The position numbers were made by a program, and so were the translations under genes. Below, piece after piece: positions 36,873 to 49,231 of a stretch of 64,000 nucleotides of DNA. The notes beneath the pieces were generated by a model, which saw nothing but the letters and a program-made list of their open reading frames with translations, did not search any database and was not told the DNA's origin. Position 1 is the first letter of the stretch; every line of letters begins with the position of its first letter. Source of the stretch: Camelus ferus (Eukaryota); assembly GCF_009834535.1 (NCBI RefSeq), contig NC_045696.1, positions 42,348,001 through 42,412,000 of the forward strand, written 5' to 3'.

Positions 36873-39800
36873 CTAAAAATGATTGAGGGATAGGTTTGCT
36901 GTGCTGAGTTTTTCCAAGTCAAATTCTCCTTTTCTCTCTCTTCCCTGGTTCATGGGTATATGAATGAATGTGTATGTTTGTGTGGATGACTCACACATCC
37001 TAATGTAGAACTTTATAGAAATGAATTTCAGTGAGTTTTTTGTTGTTGTTTTTTTTTTTAACACAAGACCACATCAAAGAGGAAGAAACACTTTTGAGCT
37101 GTTGACTGGCTTTCACTACTTATTATGTGAGAAAGGAAATGTCAGTAACTTAAAAGAAATTTTAAGATCAATGTGTTCGAGCTTTTCTGATTTTAAAGTT
37201 CTTTACAGAAACTTGTCAAAAAGATTATGTCGTGGAAACACGGAGGCTGAAACGTCTCAGGGCAATAGGAACTTTCTTTGTTTCCCCTGAATGCAAAAGA
37301 TAGAGCAGGAGAGCCTTATTCTGAGATCCACCCCCTCCCCGCCCCAGTGTCAGCGCCAGCTAGTCATGTGCAGTTATGCTTTGTAGGAACTACTGCTCTG
37401 TTTGCAGGGAAACAAAGACTGGGCTACAACCATGTACTCACAAGGGCCACAGTGAAATAATTGGTGAGGCAAAAGTGGGAAAGGAACCAACTGTTGGGGG
37501 TAGTTCAGGCCTAAGTAAACTTCCTGCGGGGGTGACCTCAAGTTGCCCTAATTCTTCCTTTGCTCCAGTTGTATAGATTGGTCTTGGAAAGATGGTAGAA
37601 GGTTGACATGTCAGACTGTAACTTTATTCTGTCCCTGGAATAGCCAAGGATGTTTTAGGAAATCAATTTGCTCTCTCCAGGAGGACCCCACTGCAATACA
37701 GGAACAGTCTTTTAGGGAAAAGTTCTTCTGAAGATGGACATGGTAGTCTCATTTCTGTTTCATTAGCTCTTGCTGCAGAGAAGTTGATGGATAAACTTTA
37801 GTTATTTGCTACTTTTCTTATTAAATGTTTTTCTTTTCAACAAAGAAGAATATGGGAGCCTGAATGTGATTGCTGAGATTTGTCATTTTCAGTAGCTCAG
37901 GGATCTCCCTGAAATAAACTACAGGCATCTGCTTTCAACATTCAGGTCTATAAAACCACAAGTGAGAGGGAAATGTGTGAACTTTCAAACCCCAGACACT
38001 GCTGCATTTAAAAAGAATTGTTGGTATGAATGCTGAAATATTTTCCTCCTGGTCGCTGTTTCTGCTTTATGTGTGTGTGTATGTGTCTTTGCTCAGACGT
38101 ATTTCATCTACTCAAGAATTCTGAATTCAAGAATTTTGCATCAGAGCTTATTGCTTCCTTGATTAGATTAAAATGTAGAATTGTGTTAGTATTTTAAAAT
38201 AAGCTGCACATTGTGTCTATGTGATTAATGTAAAATGAAAAAATTTAGCCAAAATATCCCCGTTAACACACAAATTGTTGATAGAAATTAAAGCATCTAT
38301 ACTTCCATTTTTGTGAAATATTTTTTACCTTAAAGCAATTTTAAGAAAAAAATTGATATTTGCTCTACTTTGCCATCTAAATCTGCCTTATTAAAAATTA
38401 TACCTTCTTTTAGATGTGACAGGCTTAATCAAAATGAAATGAAACAAAGTAAAATAAAATTCAAAAGCATCCCATTTTTCTTTTCCTTGTATTAAGCCGT
38501 ATGTGGGTGGAAGTTGTCCAGGAATGAGTCTGAAGAGAGTAGTTTGGTGGGATGGAGGTGATGCCTTTTAACCTTCTTTGAATTTTGTTTCCTCTCTTAT
38601 CAAAACTGGAGCCACAGAGAACTGTCTCTGTGGTCCCTCCCCGACCTGCTCCTCCAGCTCGAAACACTCTGTTTTGCCTCCTCTGCCATGCACACACCAC
38701 TATGTGACATTCCTTTGGGAATGAGATTTTCAGCGTGTAGCTCTGTTTTTAAATGGTGTTCAAGAGAGAGAAAATTCTGAGGCAGCAGATCCAGCATTTT
38801 CAAATTTTAAAGCTCAACTGAGAAGAGAAGAATTCATCCAGAGAAGTGTAATAAGTTCCACTTGACTGAATCTCAGCACTTTCCACGCACCTCTGTTAGG
38901 GAAGGGGTGGATCTGACAAAGAGTTCCCATCCCTAATAGCTGTGGTTCAGAGTCTTGATTGCACAATATTTTGACTTGTACTTCAGGGTTCCCTCAGTGT
39001 CTCCATCTATGTCCACGGGTAGCTCTCTCAATATAGCAGCTGTGCCATCTGTTTCAAATATTATTTCAGCCCTTGCTGTTTTGGGATAAATTTCATAAAG
39101 TGTATTGCATACACACACATTTAATTGAACAAACGAGAAGCCTTTCCAGTTTAAAAAAGCTTCCTAAATGACAAGAAGTGTCCAATTTCCATTCAAATGG
39201 TTACTCCGGGGCTTTAAAATGTGTGAATTCATCTAACAGAGGCTGGTGGTGTGTTTTGAGGCAGATGGCTTGATTCTGTGAAGGAAAAAAATTAAGTGGA
39301 TTTTACTATCAATCTTATTTTTTTTTGGCAAAAGACTGACATAATAAAGATGTGTGTATTACTGAGAATGCTTTTTAATAATGATTCTACCTTATGTTTT
39401 CCCCCAAGAATATGGTTAACTGACTAGGAAAATCTACTTAGAGATTTTATGTTTATCCATAATGATCAGCTTAGGAAAAAAAAAGAAGAAGAAGACCACT
39501 AACAAAATTGCTGAACTACAAAAGGAAAACGATGCCGTGCAACTTTCTGAAGGAGTCCAAGAGGAAAGAAATGCTCAAGTTTATCTACTTTTTGTCCTGC
39601 TAAATAGTTGTGAAGTCAGTAAGTTGAATATTTTGGAGGGAGAAGGAATTTCATTTCATGTAAGAATGTCTTTAAAGGAGTATCCTCAGTGATTGTTAAA
39701 GATGTCATGTCCAAGGCACTTTGTGTATTTAATACCAGCAGCTTTGGAGGTGAGTCATTGGAATTCTTGCTGAATACTCTCAAATTTAGACTCGTGTTAG

Positions 39801-39949
39801 CACGTGTCAAAATTATGTTAAAAAGTTTTGTGCTCTAAAGGTCCTTTCAGATTTTGCCTGCTTTATGGAATATTGTAGGTTTATCCCCACCAAATCCACT
39901 ACACTTTTCTTCCATTTGTGTTTTACACAATTGACTGAGTTCTTGGTTA

Positions 39950-41084
39950 GTTCCTGATTAGTTAAAACCAAATATGTGTCTCCTCCCTCTTGGAAATGAT
40001 TGTTCAGCAACCGAGGCCTAAGCCAATCAACCAGTTGCTTCTTTTGGCACCTGTTCCTGGTTTAGGGATAAGCATATGACTTTAGTTGTCCCAATTAGTC
40101 TAAAAGAAAAAGCATTTCTTTGATAGCTTGGTAAAAGTGCTTTCTTCCTTCCAGTAGACATGGCAGGGAGCATGCAGCCTTTACTGCTGCTCACAACTTC
40201 TTGGGGACATGAAGAAAACTGACCTGAGGATGAGATGAACAATGCAGATAGCAGGATGAAGTTTAGAAAGAAACTGCACCTTTGATGACATAAGGGAGCC
40301 TTTGAGTTCACCACTCTAAAGCCTGCCAGACCCCTGGACTTCCCCTTGTGTTGGAATGCTCAGTGTTGGAACAACTCTTATTGTTCATGCCAGTTGTAGT
40401 GAGTCTTTTTTTTAAGTGTAAAGGGTTTAAAAAATTTTTTATTATGTATAACAGGCAAAATTATAAGTCCATACATTTTTATTTTAAGGAATTTCAAATG
40501 TTATGATTCCTTCCACAGTAATATTAGTTCCTCCAAACTTTGAGTCATAATCTTCAAGATAGACCTTTTGAAAATAAGTTTTGCTTGATCCGCTATTGTC
40601 AGGTCAGTCCATAATTCTCTTAGTTGGGCTTCTTTAATCTCCATGTGAATATGGAACTGCTTAAAAAAATTCCCCACCTGTAATCTTTGGGATTCAGCTT
40701 CTTTAAGCAATGTGCTTTAAGGCTGTGTTCAGGGTCAGAGTAGGTGGAACTGCCTGGTTCTCAACTTCAGACACTCTCTAAACACAAATAAGTTCAAATC
40801 ATGTTCACTCCTAAGCTATCACACCCTAGAATAGTGCAGATTGTTGGGATATGCCAATACCCAGGATAAAATAATTGACTATTAGGTCTTTCATAGTTTT
40901 AGCAGCTCTGCCTCATGGTTCTTCCCCACAGATCTAACACATACGTCTGTGGGTACAGTGAACCACATATTTAGTCTATGAGGTTTTCCAATGATGTGGG
41001 TCTTCAGAAAAAGCCCCATTGGGATAGACCTCAACTGGAGTAAGTTTTTTGATACTTGTAGCTAAAAGCACCCCAGTAGATACA
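39950..41084 (+). mobile_element. Old MaLR LTR (MLT1J/K-like) split by a retrocopy
   Basis: ggtttagggataagcatatgact...agaaagaaactg..ctttgatgacat...cctggacttcc; 3' terminus tacttgtagctaaaagcaccccagtagataca resumes at 41031-41084. Confidence 0.7.
40406..41030 (-). pseudogene. 5'-truncated processed retrocopy, probably an mRNA 3'UTR; parent unidentified
   Basis: Minus-strand AATAAA (40438-40443) about 25 nt before an A8 tail (40406-40413); degenerate TSD ccagttgtagtgagtc / tcaactggagtaagtt; interrupts an LTR. Confidence 0.6.
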
Positions 41085-41315
41085 CCTGAGGATGTGACTC
41101 AATCGTTTATGTCATAAGACTGTCTCCCAGTCATGGGTGGTAGGTCCCTGCTCTGAAACTACTCTGTTGTTTTGATATGAAGGGCGTTAGCTGGAGGCAA
41201 ATAAATGCTACAAAGATTTATTTAATTAATGTGGGTTTTGGAGTTACTATGTGGTAGATCCTAAAACTTGCACAGATTCTTTGACTGATTGAAGGTGATT
41301 ATTTCCTCATTAAAC

Positions 41316-42569
41316 CAGTGGTTCTCAAATAACCCCCCAAAGTCCTGACTTCTGATTTCCTCCCCAACATAGCTTAAACATTGTCACTCCTCTCCTCACA
41401 ACCAGAAAAAAGCTGAACAAACTGGAAATCAGCAGTTCTTCTTAGAAGCATCAGAGAATTGAGGTGACAGGGCAGACTGCTGCTTAGAACACTGGAGAGA
41501 CAATTGAGTGCAGAGAATCACGGCTCACCAGGACCACAACCACTGGAGCCAGTCGTGGCAGAAACACTTACACGGTATTTGATAAATATCTGGAGACTGA
41601 CTGTGCCCAAGCTTGAAAATTAAAAACTCCTGGGGACCCAGTCTTGCGGGAGCCCTCACACTTTCATGACATTTACCTGTAGGAACTCCACCAAGTTCTT
41701 ACAGTGAAGAGCAGAGGAAGATCTCTTTGTGCTTTGGGTAGGGCAAGAGCAACGATTTTGACAGATGCCCAAAGTGTCCTCCATGGCAAAGGCTCACTCT
41801 CCAGGGAAACAACTTTGCCAGACCATCATCTAACGTGGAGTAGGGCAGTTAGACAGCTGGCCCTCCTGTAGCCTTTCTGCCTCACATAGGTGTAGAAAAA
41901 TCATTAAGAAACACTTCTGAATTTCACAACTCCAGGACTCAGGACCATTAGAAAAAATGGAGATTTAGTTATAAGGTATAGAATGCTTCTCTTCCCAGTA
42001 CCTTAGCACTCTGTCAATAAGGGCTCCTATATAATAACAGTAAATTACAATGGAAATAGGTGAAAGACATAGACTCTATCTAAAGAGGAGGTTCTAGGGA
42101 AACTCAAAGAAAACAGGAGGTAAAAATAAGGTCATTAGAAGAAATTGAAGCCTCTGACACTTCCAGCTATAGCAGACATTAGGCATAGTCTAACTCCTAG
42201 TCAGCTAAACCTAAAACCGCACAGTAAAGGCCTCAGTTCTCATGATCCAATACATTACATCCAGCTTTCAACAAAAAATTATAAGACATGGCAAAAGGCA
42301 CAAAGGAAAACAAAACATCCTCCTGCCCCCCGCCCCCCCCCCCCGCCCCCCAAACATAACAGACTGAAGAGTCAAAATGAGCATCAGACTCAGACTCAGA
42401 AATTTTGGAGTTGAAGTGAAGACCCTGAATAAGCAGCATCTGCTTCCCATGTTAGAATTGCAGATTCTTGGGTCCTCCCCTAAATCTACTGAATTAGAAA
42501 TTCTGGGTGGGGGAACCAGCAGCCTGAGCTTTAGTAAGCCCTCCAGGTGATGGTGCATTAGGACCACTG
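41316..42569 (-). mobile_element. MER5A split by an L1 5' fragment
   Basis: TIR cagtggttctcaaa at 41316; remainder agcagcatc...tgcagattcttgggtcc...aagccctccaggtgat...accactg at 42415-42569. Confidence 0.75.
41331..42413 (+). mobile_element. Old L1 (L1MC/MD-type) 5' region only
   Basis: agaaaaagctgaacaaactggaaatca...atcagagaattgagg; ctaactcctagtcag; catccagctttcaacaaaaaattataagacatggcaaaaggca. Confidence 0.7.
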
Positions 42570-43360
42570 CAGGAAACATATCAAGCAGATGAGAAGATTG
42601 TGAACTCTTGTGTTTCCTTAGGTTCTCAGAAATAGAATAATAAAAATTTTATCCTACTAACAAGCTGATTCAAAATGTAAAGAACCCACTAAAGACATCG
42701 CTCATGACTTTGACTTTTAGTTTTGCCAAGCAATGTCATTGCTAACGAGTTGTTTCAGGATGACTGCATGTGGAATCAAGTTCCCCCAGCTGTGTGTATG
42801 TGTTACCACAGGACCTGGAACCCTATAGCCAGTGGACAAGCAGGCAGAGGGGGTTTATGTCTGGATAAAGGGTGCAGGACCTTGAGGGATTTCTCCAGGC
42901 AGGGCTGTCAGACACTGCGGCTTCACAAGTTTTACCCATGGTTAGTTTTTTATGAAGCGGGTTTAGGAAAAGGGAGAGGGTGTTAACACGTGCCCTTCTA
43001 AAGGCAGACTGTTTTATCTGGCTTCTCGGCTAATTCAGCCTTCAGCTGCCCTGTGGCCTGATCACAGTTCTGCAGCCCCCTGAGAGTCAGTTGTTAACCT
43101 TAATGATGATTGCTTTGAACTTCCCTGAGACTCTGATGTCAAAGGTCTGCTTTTAGATTTTTGATTGGGTTGCCCCTTATGTGGTCACATATTGTTGCAT
43201 TCCTGCTCATACCCTGGGGGCCTCTCTCTTCTTGGTGCCTCCCGTTAAGTGATGATAAATGTTTTCTATCCAGCCCAGGAAGAGTCATCACTTACTATTA
43301 CTTGCAGAGACCTCTTAATTTTTCTTTGGAGGAAGCTGAAGTCTGCAGAGTGATGGTAAT

Positions 43361-43490
43361 TTCCTTCCTTCATTCATTTGTTCAAGAATACTTATTAAGC
43401 ACCTACCATGTGCCAGGCACTGTTTAATAATGGCAATGATAAGTGGCAAAAACACAATTAAAATAAACGAGTCATAGTTCCTATGTCAGT
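43361..43490 (-). mobile_element. LINE-2 3' terminus
   Basis: cattcatttgttcaagaatacttattaagcacctaccatgtgccaggcactgt. Confidence 0.85.
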
Positions 43491-43619
43491 GCTTCTTAAA
43501 AGGTATTTGCATAAAACAAAAGAAACTAAATAAAGAGTAATAAAATTAAAAGTAAATAAGAAAAAAGGAAAAATAACAAAGAGAAAAAGTCATTTGGTAG
43601 CTAAGTGCACCTAGGTGAC

Positions 43620-45825
43620 TAAGCACACCCATTTACTTTCTGTCCCCGAAGTTCCACTGGAATGAGTAAATACATATGAAAATAAGAAAAACAATGTACC
43701 AGCACTAGGAAATGTGAAGGGTTAGACCAGCAAAGGCAATAAGCCTCTGGAAGATATAAAGCAAATGGGATTGGATCAATATAGGAACCAAATAGAACTG
43801 ATAAATGTAGCTAATACAAATGAAAGAGAATAGTAATGGAGAAAAAAGGGAGTTTTTTCTTTCTTTTTTCTGAGCAGAAATTTGGAAAAACCGCAAGATC
43901 ATAACCATTAGGAACTAGAGGCAGGAATGCTCTGTTGGGCACTTAATAAGGAGACCAATAAAACTGGGACATTCTAGACACCTGAGCCATTCTCACAGCG
44001 CTGGTACAGTTTGAAACCTAATGAAGGGATGAATGGAGTCCGCCACTGGGGATGGATAGGTGGCATTTAAAGTGAGTACTGGTGCTAAAAGAAGTTGGGT
44101 GGTGCTCCCATGTAATATCAGCTGCCAACAGGGTAAACCTTCCTGCATCCTGACAGCAAGCTCCTACCCACCCTATCAGAGAGCTATCTCTGACGACATA
44201 TCCCAGCTTACTCACCATAGCCTTGGCTTCTGTCATTTGCAATCAAATTTACTATCAAGGGAACTGTGGTATTCACATTGGCCAACTATATTAATCATTT
44301 TAAACCCTCACTTACAAGTGAACAATTAAGAAGCCCTAGAATTTTTAAGGAAAAACTGAATTACCAAACTGAACAAATTGAAGTAATTCTTGAGGAAATT
44401 GATTCCTGGGAAATATAAAAAATATTATTAAAATAATGTAATCAGAATCTCCAGAGAGATTTGGGGGTGGTGTCACTATATTTGTATAGCTAAAATAGGC
44501 TGCTAAGAAAAGGTGAAGTACAAGAGAGAATTTATAGAAATTGAAAACCTCTACACAATTGCTGAAATAAATGTGGCAGTGCAGCTGATAATGTAGAATG
44601 CAAAGTTCTTAATTCCCTAAAGTGTCTTCATATTTATGGACTAGACCAGTTGAGCAAATATTTATTCAGAAAAAGGTCACTTGAATAGACACAATTAACT
44701 TGCTGCCCAGGTTAAAGAGAACAATATAAGCTTTTTTGGCTGACAGAAGTTGCATTTAATCTTGCAACCTTGGAATGCTGGGTTGATTACTGGAGAGAAG
44801 ATGATAATATTTGCCTAAGGAGGAAAGAATTACCCAAGAGGAAAAGTCAGCTCTTTAACTTTTGAGGTTCAGTGTTGTTAGCACCACTCTGACCAGGTCT
44901 GTGAAAAGTCCAGTGGCACAAAGGAGTCCAGGTTTCCCCAGGAGGAACTCTCTGTGGGAGGAGGTATAATTGGACAAGTGAGCAAGGGTCAACATTAAAG
45001 TGAGATGGTAACGTGGAAAGGCTTGGGTATGGGATATTATGCAGCAGAGACCAGAAATACCTATGAACCCAAACATCCAGGCAGATTGCTTATGGAAGCA
45101 AATAATGATTAAGCTCGAATGTGAGCTGAATGACCTACATTCTTGGAATTAAGTCTAATACTTCAGTGAAGCTTGTGCAGAGACCTGTACTTTTGCAGGC
45201 ATAACTGCAGTGATGGACAAGGTGAAAGAATAATTTTCAAAAGTGTCCATCTGTGTCAGTGACAGAAGTACTAGTATTAGTAGACTCATGACACTTAAGT
45301 TTTTATCTATCAGCTGATTGACAGAAGGACTAAGACCTTTGACTGGAACAAACTGTTTAGATTCTTGTGAAATTTAGGGAGAAGCAGGACTACCTCAAGA
45401 AAGGGTTAGTTAGGTGTCAGCTGAAGAGCAATTAAAAAATACAAAAGATGTGACTAAATTCATACTCCCCAGCTGGTGAAATAAATCACACAAATTTCCT
45501 ACAAATCTCAATTTAAAAAAAACAATATTAGAATAGAAATGGTTGAATACCAAATCAGTTTTATGGACGATCAAGCCAAGAAGTTTTCTCAGAACGCAGT
45601 GCAAAAAGACAGAGATGAATATTGTGGAAGAAACTTTGAAGAAAGGAATGTCATTCAGTGCAGATATTCACAGGGCATGTAAGATGTTCAGAAATCCCAA
45701 TATCTACCCAGTGAAATGTGTATCAGGAGAAGCTAGAGAGAATGGAAGGAATGATACCATCAAAGTAATAATAGAGGAATACCTTCTTTCCCAGCTGACA
45801 GATATTTATCTTTTGATCAAAAGAA
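43620..45825 (+). mobile_element. HAL1/ancient L1 ORF1-like element split by a ~900-bp insertion
   Basis: aatctccagagagat...gaaattgaaaac...gctgaaataaa before; ttctcagaacgcagtgcaaaaagacagagatg...agagagaatggaagga..atcaaagtaataatagagg after. Confidence 0.55.
44573..45476 (+). other. Unidentified insertion flanked by exact 10-bp direct repeat; possible ancient retrocopy or Gypsy-type LTR
   Basis: TGAAATAAAT at 44563-44572 and 45477-45486; the host element is collinear across it. Confidence 0.4.
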
Positions 45826-45829
45826 AAGA

Positions 45830-46150
45830 AAAAAATAGAAAAAGTGTTGTCAATGATGTAAAAAAATTGAAAACTTTTTGCATTGCTGATGGGAATATAA
45901 AATTACAGAGCTGCTGTGGAAAATGGTATGGCAATTCCTCAAAAAAATTAAGCATAGAATTACCTAATGATCTAGAGATTCCACTACTAGGTATATACAC
46001 CCAAAAGCAATAAAAGCAAGGACTCAAACAGGTAGTTGTACACCCATGTACATAGCATTATTCACAATTAACCCATAGGTAGACACAACCCACACTGTCC
46101 ACTGATGGATAAATGATAAATAAAATGTGGCGTATACACACAATAGATGC
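45830..46150 (+). mobile_element. L1MB-like ORF2 end / 3'UTR fragment
   Basis: IADGNIKLQSCCGKWYGNSSKKLSIELPNDLEIPLLGIY. Confidence 0.8.
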
Positions 46151-46434
46151 TTGGGATCCTCCTTCCAGTTTGGTATTGAGACTACCTTCTTTGTAGCCAC
46201 TCAGGGAGGAAGTTTGAGGAGAGGCAAAAAGTTAAAATATATAAGTGATATATTTACACCTGTATCTCTATCATCTCTATATCTCTATCTATATATTTAG
46301 ATATTTTAGACACTAGAAATTTTATATGTATATCTCCTATCTTCACTTAGTAAAAAATAAAATGATGAATGCATATTGTGAATGGGATGTGCTTTTTCTG
46401 ATTCTAGGTGGGTTTTTGGGAAGAAGTTTTATAA

Positions 46435-46605
46435 GTAGTGGAAAGAGCACTGATGGAATAGTCTAGAAACTGGCTTTTTGCCCTAGGTTTGCCACTAATA
46501 AAATATAAAATCTTGATAAAGATCCTTAACTTTCCTGAGTCACAATTTTCTTATCATTAAAATTGGGCTAGGGGATCTCTAAGATTCTTTTCAACCCTAA
46601 GGATT
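46435..46605 (+). mobile_element. MIR3-like SINE
   Basis: gtagtggaaagagcactg...cttaactttcctgagtcacaattttcttatc...gatctctaagattcttttcaac. Confidence 0.65.
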
Positions 46606-47539
46606 TAAGAAGGAAATTAAAAAAAATGGAAATACGACAACAGTATAGATGGGAATTCATTGAAATGCATTTGTAAAATTAGGGTTAGCAGCTGAATTAT
46701 AAGAAGCAATAACATGTTCTCTAAAATGATTAATTATAATTGAGCAGTTACTATTGATATAAGATGGATAGATCTCATGAATAAAATTGTAAAGCTCATT
46801 CTAAACTTGTTCTTTTTCAAACAAAAAGGAATAATAGCATGATGCTTTAAATATTTTAAAACTAGATAAATTATGAATAGAAAAAAACCTAAAGATTAGG
46901 AAGCTTACACTAGGTTATAAGTCACTGGCTAGTCTCTGATTCAAAGTGACATACTAAAGTAAGAAAATAAGAAATATCATAGTGGCCCTGCCCTAAGATA
47001 TATCCTTTCTAGTTGGCAGTACTTCCTGTATTGCATTATAGCAGAGCCTAGTTATCATTTGTTCCATCAACTCAAAAGGCTATGGCTGCGTTCCAAGCGT
47101 CTCCACCTTCCTCAAAGATGTTATAAATCCACAATCTACTAATGTGTATGAATATACATTATAGATTAGGTTTATGTATACAAAATGACTCACTTCGCCA
47201 ACTAGGAGTAGCAATATATCACATCTTCTTTGTTTTCATGAGTGTTGATCCAAGCAATAACATTTCCTTATTAGCAGGAAGTCCAAGATCTTCCATTTGA
47301 GTGCTTCTCCTTCCCTACTATCCTAAGTTGTTCAGGTGGCTTTCTCAGACCAAAGACTGTCAAAGATATTTCAAAGACAATTGCAAGTTTACGTTGGTCC
47401 TCTCCTTACGGCTTCTCATTGTCACATGGTATCACTGTTGAGCACTGGTTTATCCAGTTCCATAGAAGTGCCTCTCACTTGATGCTAATTCCTTTCTAGG
47501 CTAAGTCCCTACATTGACTTCCCTACAGATACTTAACAG

Positions 47540-47790
47540 ATGTGTTAAGACTCTGAATTCTGGAGCCATGTGAACTGGATCTGAATTTTGCCTTTGCTTC
47601 TTTTAGGTTATGTGACTTGAGCCAAGTTATCTAACTTTCTGGGCTTCAGGTTCCTCATCTATAAAAAAAGATAACAACAGAATTTATCTCACATAGTTGT
47701 GAAAGTTAAATGAGACAGCATATAACAAGCGGAGTACCTGGCACCTAAAAGATTTGTAGAAAATTCATGCTCCTGCTACTACTGTTAGTA
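47540..47790 (+). mobile_element. MIR SINE
   Basis: tgtgacttgagccaagttatctaactttctgggcttcaggttcctcatctataaaa. Confidence 0.8.
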
Positions 47791-47964
47791 CTACAGTAAT
47801 CATTTCCAAAAGTGCAGCAGTGTTGTGAGACTGCTGTGACACATAGCTTAATATTTCCGTTATTTTCCCTTTGGAAGGAGCCTGGGCTGTCTGTGCAAAT
47901 TAGTCTACCTTCACCCCAGAGCTCTCCATACCAAATCAATTGACCTCCTGGTTGAATATTTCTC

Positions 47965-49140
47965 TAAGAAAAATGGGCAAAGTTTATGAAAGACAATTCA
48001 TGGAAGGGTAAATTTCAGTGGCCAATACATATAATCTCACTAGTCCTCAGGTAATTATAAATTAAGATAAAAATGAGATAACATTCTATACCCAACAGAT
48101 CCACAGAAATAAATTTCTGACAATATCAACCTGTGGGGCTGTGGAACAATGGTCATCCCTATGTGCTTGTAGTTGAGAGGGTAAATCATTACAACCGGTT
48201 TGGATTACGTGGCCTCTATGTAGTAGGAAATGGACAAATAAACTGATTTACTTATACAAATAGAATGCTACACATATTAAAAATAAATGAAGTATGTGTG
48301 TATCTGTGTGTGAACATGGATACATCTGAAAAACAACGCCGAGTAAATAAAAAGTTGCCTAAGGATATGTAGAGTATACCATTTACATACATTTCTTAAA
48401 TGTACAATTGTACACAAACATGTAATAAAAATATTAACCGTATCTTCTAAAGATACATCCCGACTTCAAGATGTTAGCTACTTCTAGGAAATGAGGCAGC
48501 GAACAAGATAGAGGGGTTATAGCTCTTTATATAACATTTTGTTTCCTTTAAGTATATTAAGACAACAAGGTATTATGATAACATCTGTTACCTATGTGTG
48601 ATGAGTCCTTAGGTATCTATGTAATTATTTTTTTCTTATCTATAAATATAAGTATTTAATAATATTAGATAAAGAAAAGTAGAGGGGAAAATAATAGCTC
48701 ATTTAGCCTTTGAGATAATTAGAAAACATTTGGGGAAGAATAAGATTAGATTTCTACCTTATGTCATATACATAGAAAATTCCCTATGGATTAAATTTTA
48801 AAGGGAGGGAAAATAGATCAGAAGATAATGTAGGTTATTATTTTTCTGAGTGCAAGTAGGGAAAACTATCTCTAAGCATATAGATGAACAAAATATAGAC
48901 AAAAGAAACTTAGGCTAAAGGAAAAGATTAATAGATTTTTCTACCAAAAATATAAATCTTTGTCCTGGAACTATAAACAAAATATACATGATGAACTAAA
49001 TTAATATTCTTAACATGTAAAGGGCTTGTAAAAACAAAAGATACAAAATCTTCTCAGGAGAAAAATAAGATAATGACATGAACAGATAACTAGCAAACAC
49101 TGATGAACAACATATGCAAATGTTCAAAAACACAGTTATC
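47965..49140 (+). mobile_element. Ancient L1ME fragments
   Basis: aaaatgggcaaagtttatgaaagacaattca; tagatttctaccttatgtcatatac...aaaattccctatggattaaa. Confidence 0.6.
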
Positions 49141-49231
49141 AACTTATTGCCTCTTAGCTCTAACTTCACCCTGCAGCACTTGCTCTCCAATAACGGACTG
49201 GATTGTCTACACATTTCTCGTTTGCAATGAA

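Noticed and set aside
45543..46013. 156-aa plus-strand ORF
   Set aside because: Chance fusion of HAL1/ORF1-like and L1MB ORF2-end remnants
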